Assembly: GCA_963845535.1 (NCBI GenBank)
Contig: CAWJSK010000010.1
Span: 1-45,600, forward strand
Direction of reading: 5' to 3'
Length of the DNA: 45,600 nt
Source: an uncultured Spirochaetota bacterium
Lineage (GTDB): Bacteria > Spirochaetota > Spirochaetia > SZUA-6 > Fen-1364
Numbering within the stretch: the stretch's first letter is position 1; each line of letters starts with the position of its first letter. Shown in pieces: positions 44,644 to 45,600 of this stretch. Made by a program: the position numbers and the translations under genes. Under the pieces are notes generated by a model. That model was not told where the DNA came from. It was given only the letters and a program-made list of their open reading frames with translations, and did no database searches.

Positions 44644-45489
44644 CTATGCGTGGCTCTTGTCGGAGAAAAACTTCTCCGGATCGACAAACTGTCCGTTTGC
44701 TCCTTGAATGCTGAAGTAAAGCTTTGCGCCCCCGCCCTGAGGGCTCACTCCCAGCCGCGCTATCTCCGTCCCTGGACTCACGCGGTCTCCGACGTTCACC
44801 AGGAGCTGCTCGTTCCCCGCGTAGAGGATGAGGTCGCCATCGCTTGACTTGATGATGACGGTCTTCCCCCAGCCCCAGTAAGGACCGACCCACTTCACCT
44901 CCCCGCTTGTTGCTGAGTGGATCGGATCTCCTTCCGATCCAAAGAAAACAAGGCCCGATATCTTGCCCCGCAGCGGCTCATGACGGCCCGTGTGAGGCCA
45001 CATGACCTCCCCGGAAGAGGCGGTCTGTGACAGCGTGTCCGCGGACGTCGGAGTCTTCCCGACGTTGTCCTGCGGGGGGAGTCGGGCGGAGACCGAATCC
45101 ACCGGCTCCGAAGCGGTGAAGCCGGCGGCGTGATCGAGCGGGATAAAGACCTTCAGGCCGACCTTGATCTTGCTGCGTTCGTTCAACCCGTTCAGATCGA
45201 GCAGCTTCGCCATCGGCACTCCGAACGACCGGGAGATCGCGAAGAGCGTGTCTCCCCTTTTCACGACGTAGGGCGAGGGAAACCTGATCACGCTTCCGGC
45301 CTTCAGGCGGGATGCGTTGTCGATGCCATTGTAGGCGGACAAGACGTCAACCGGTATCTGCACCCGCTTTGCCACTGAAAAAAGCGTTTCGCCCTCCCTG
45401 ATCGTGTACGAGCTTTCCCCTGCCGCGAGGCTGATCGCCATAAGAAGGAAGAATATGAACGAGAGCGAACGCATCGCTTTTCGTGGCAT
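44644..45489 (-). CDS. LysM (x2) + M23 peptidase domain protein (NlpD-like)
   Basis: Signal peptide; YTIREGETL and YVVKRGDTL LysM repeats; C-terminal M23-like domain ending LYFSI..VDP. Confidence 0.88.
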   Translation of the reverse strand: MPRKAMRSLSFIFFLLMAISLAAGESSYTIREGETLFSVAKRVQIPVDVLSAYNGIDNASRLKAGSVIRFPSPYVVKRGDTLFAISRSFGVPMAKLLDLNGLNERSKIKVGLKVFIPLDHAAGFTASEPVDSVSARLPPQDNVGKTPTSADTLSQTASSGEVMWPHTGRHEPLRGKISGLVFFGSEGDPIHSATSGEVKWVGPYWGWGKTVIIKSSDGDLILYAGNEQLLVNVGDRVSPGTEIARLGVSPQGGGAKLYFSIQGANGQFVDPEKFFSDKSHA

Positions 45490-45570
45490 GGAAAATCCTC
45501 AATCTATGTTCGGCTTCGCACCTGATTGTCTTGACTCGGCTGACGGCGAAACGGTAAAGTTTTTGGCAAA

Positions 45571-45600
45571 GCCGGAGTGGTGGAACTGGCAGACACAGGG
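45571..45600 (+). tRNA. tRNA-Leu, 5' part (truncated by window end; anticodon not visible)
   Basis: GCCGGAGTGGTGGAACTGGCAGACAC is a typical tRNA-Leu acceptor/D arm; TTGACT..TAAAGT promoter-like motif upstream. Confidence 0.75.

Overview
Window from a GC-rich spirochaete-like chromosome (two flaA sheath genes, flgFG-flgA-flgI-flgJ, spirochaete-type upp). Bases 1-~9270 are an AT-richer accessory region. It holds an integron cassette array read on the minus strand: four homologous 116-117 bp attC sites, a probable attI at ~6214-6240 and no intI in the window. Two cassettes encode proteins (DUF4304-like; UDG-fold-like). Three have no ORF; two of these are homologous and share a covarying secondary structure that folds best on the plus (attC bottom) strand. 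One attC is split by a 3061-bp three-gene TG...CA transposon (Zn-ribbon/DUF6431-like protein, DDE transposase, AAA ATPase) with a CCAAC target duplication. The array is followed by a 3' half of tRNA-Asn (island attachment site), then an excisionase/tyrosine-integrase pair abutting tRNA-Glu and tRNA-Gln. The rest is mostly core genome: bactofilin, flaA x2, fba, a group 3b [NiFe]-hydrogenase operon with protease, receiver protein and a Rex/Crp-like box, upp, hypFCDE, apt, tsaD, two sigma-70 factors, flagellar rod/P-ring genes, tRNA-Thr, liv ABC transporter (livF frameshifted), an amidohydrolase-cNMP/TPR-Crp operon, a LysM/M23 peptidase and the start of tRNA-Leu.
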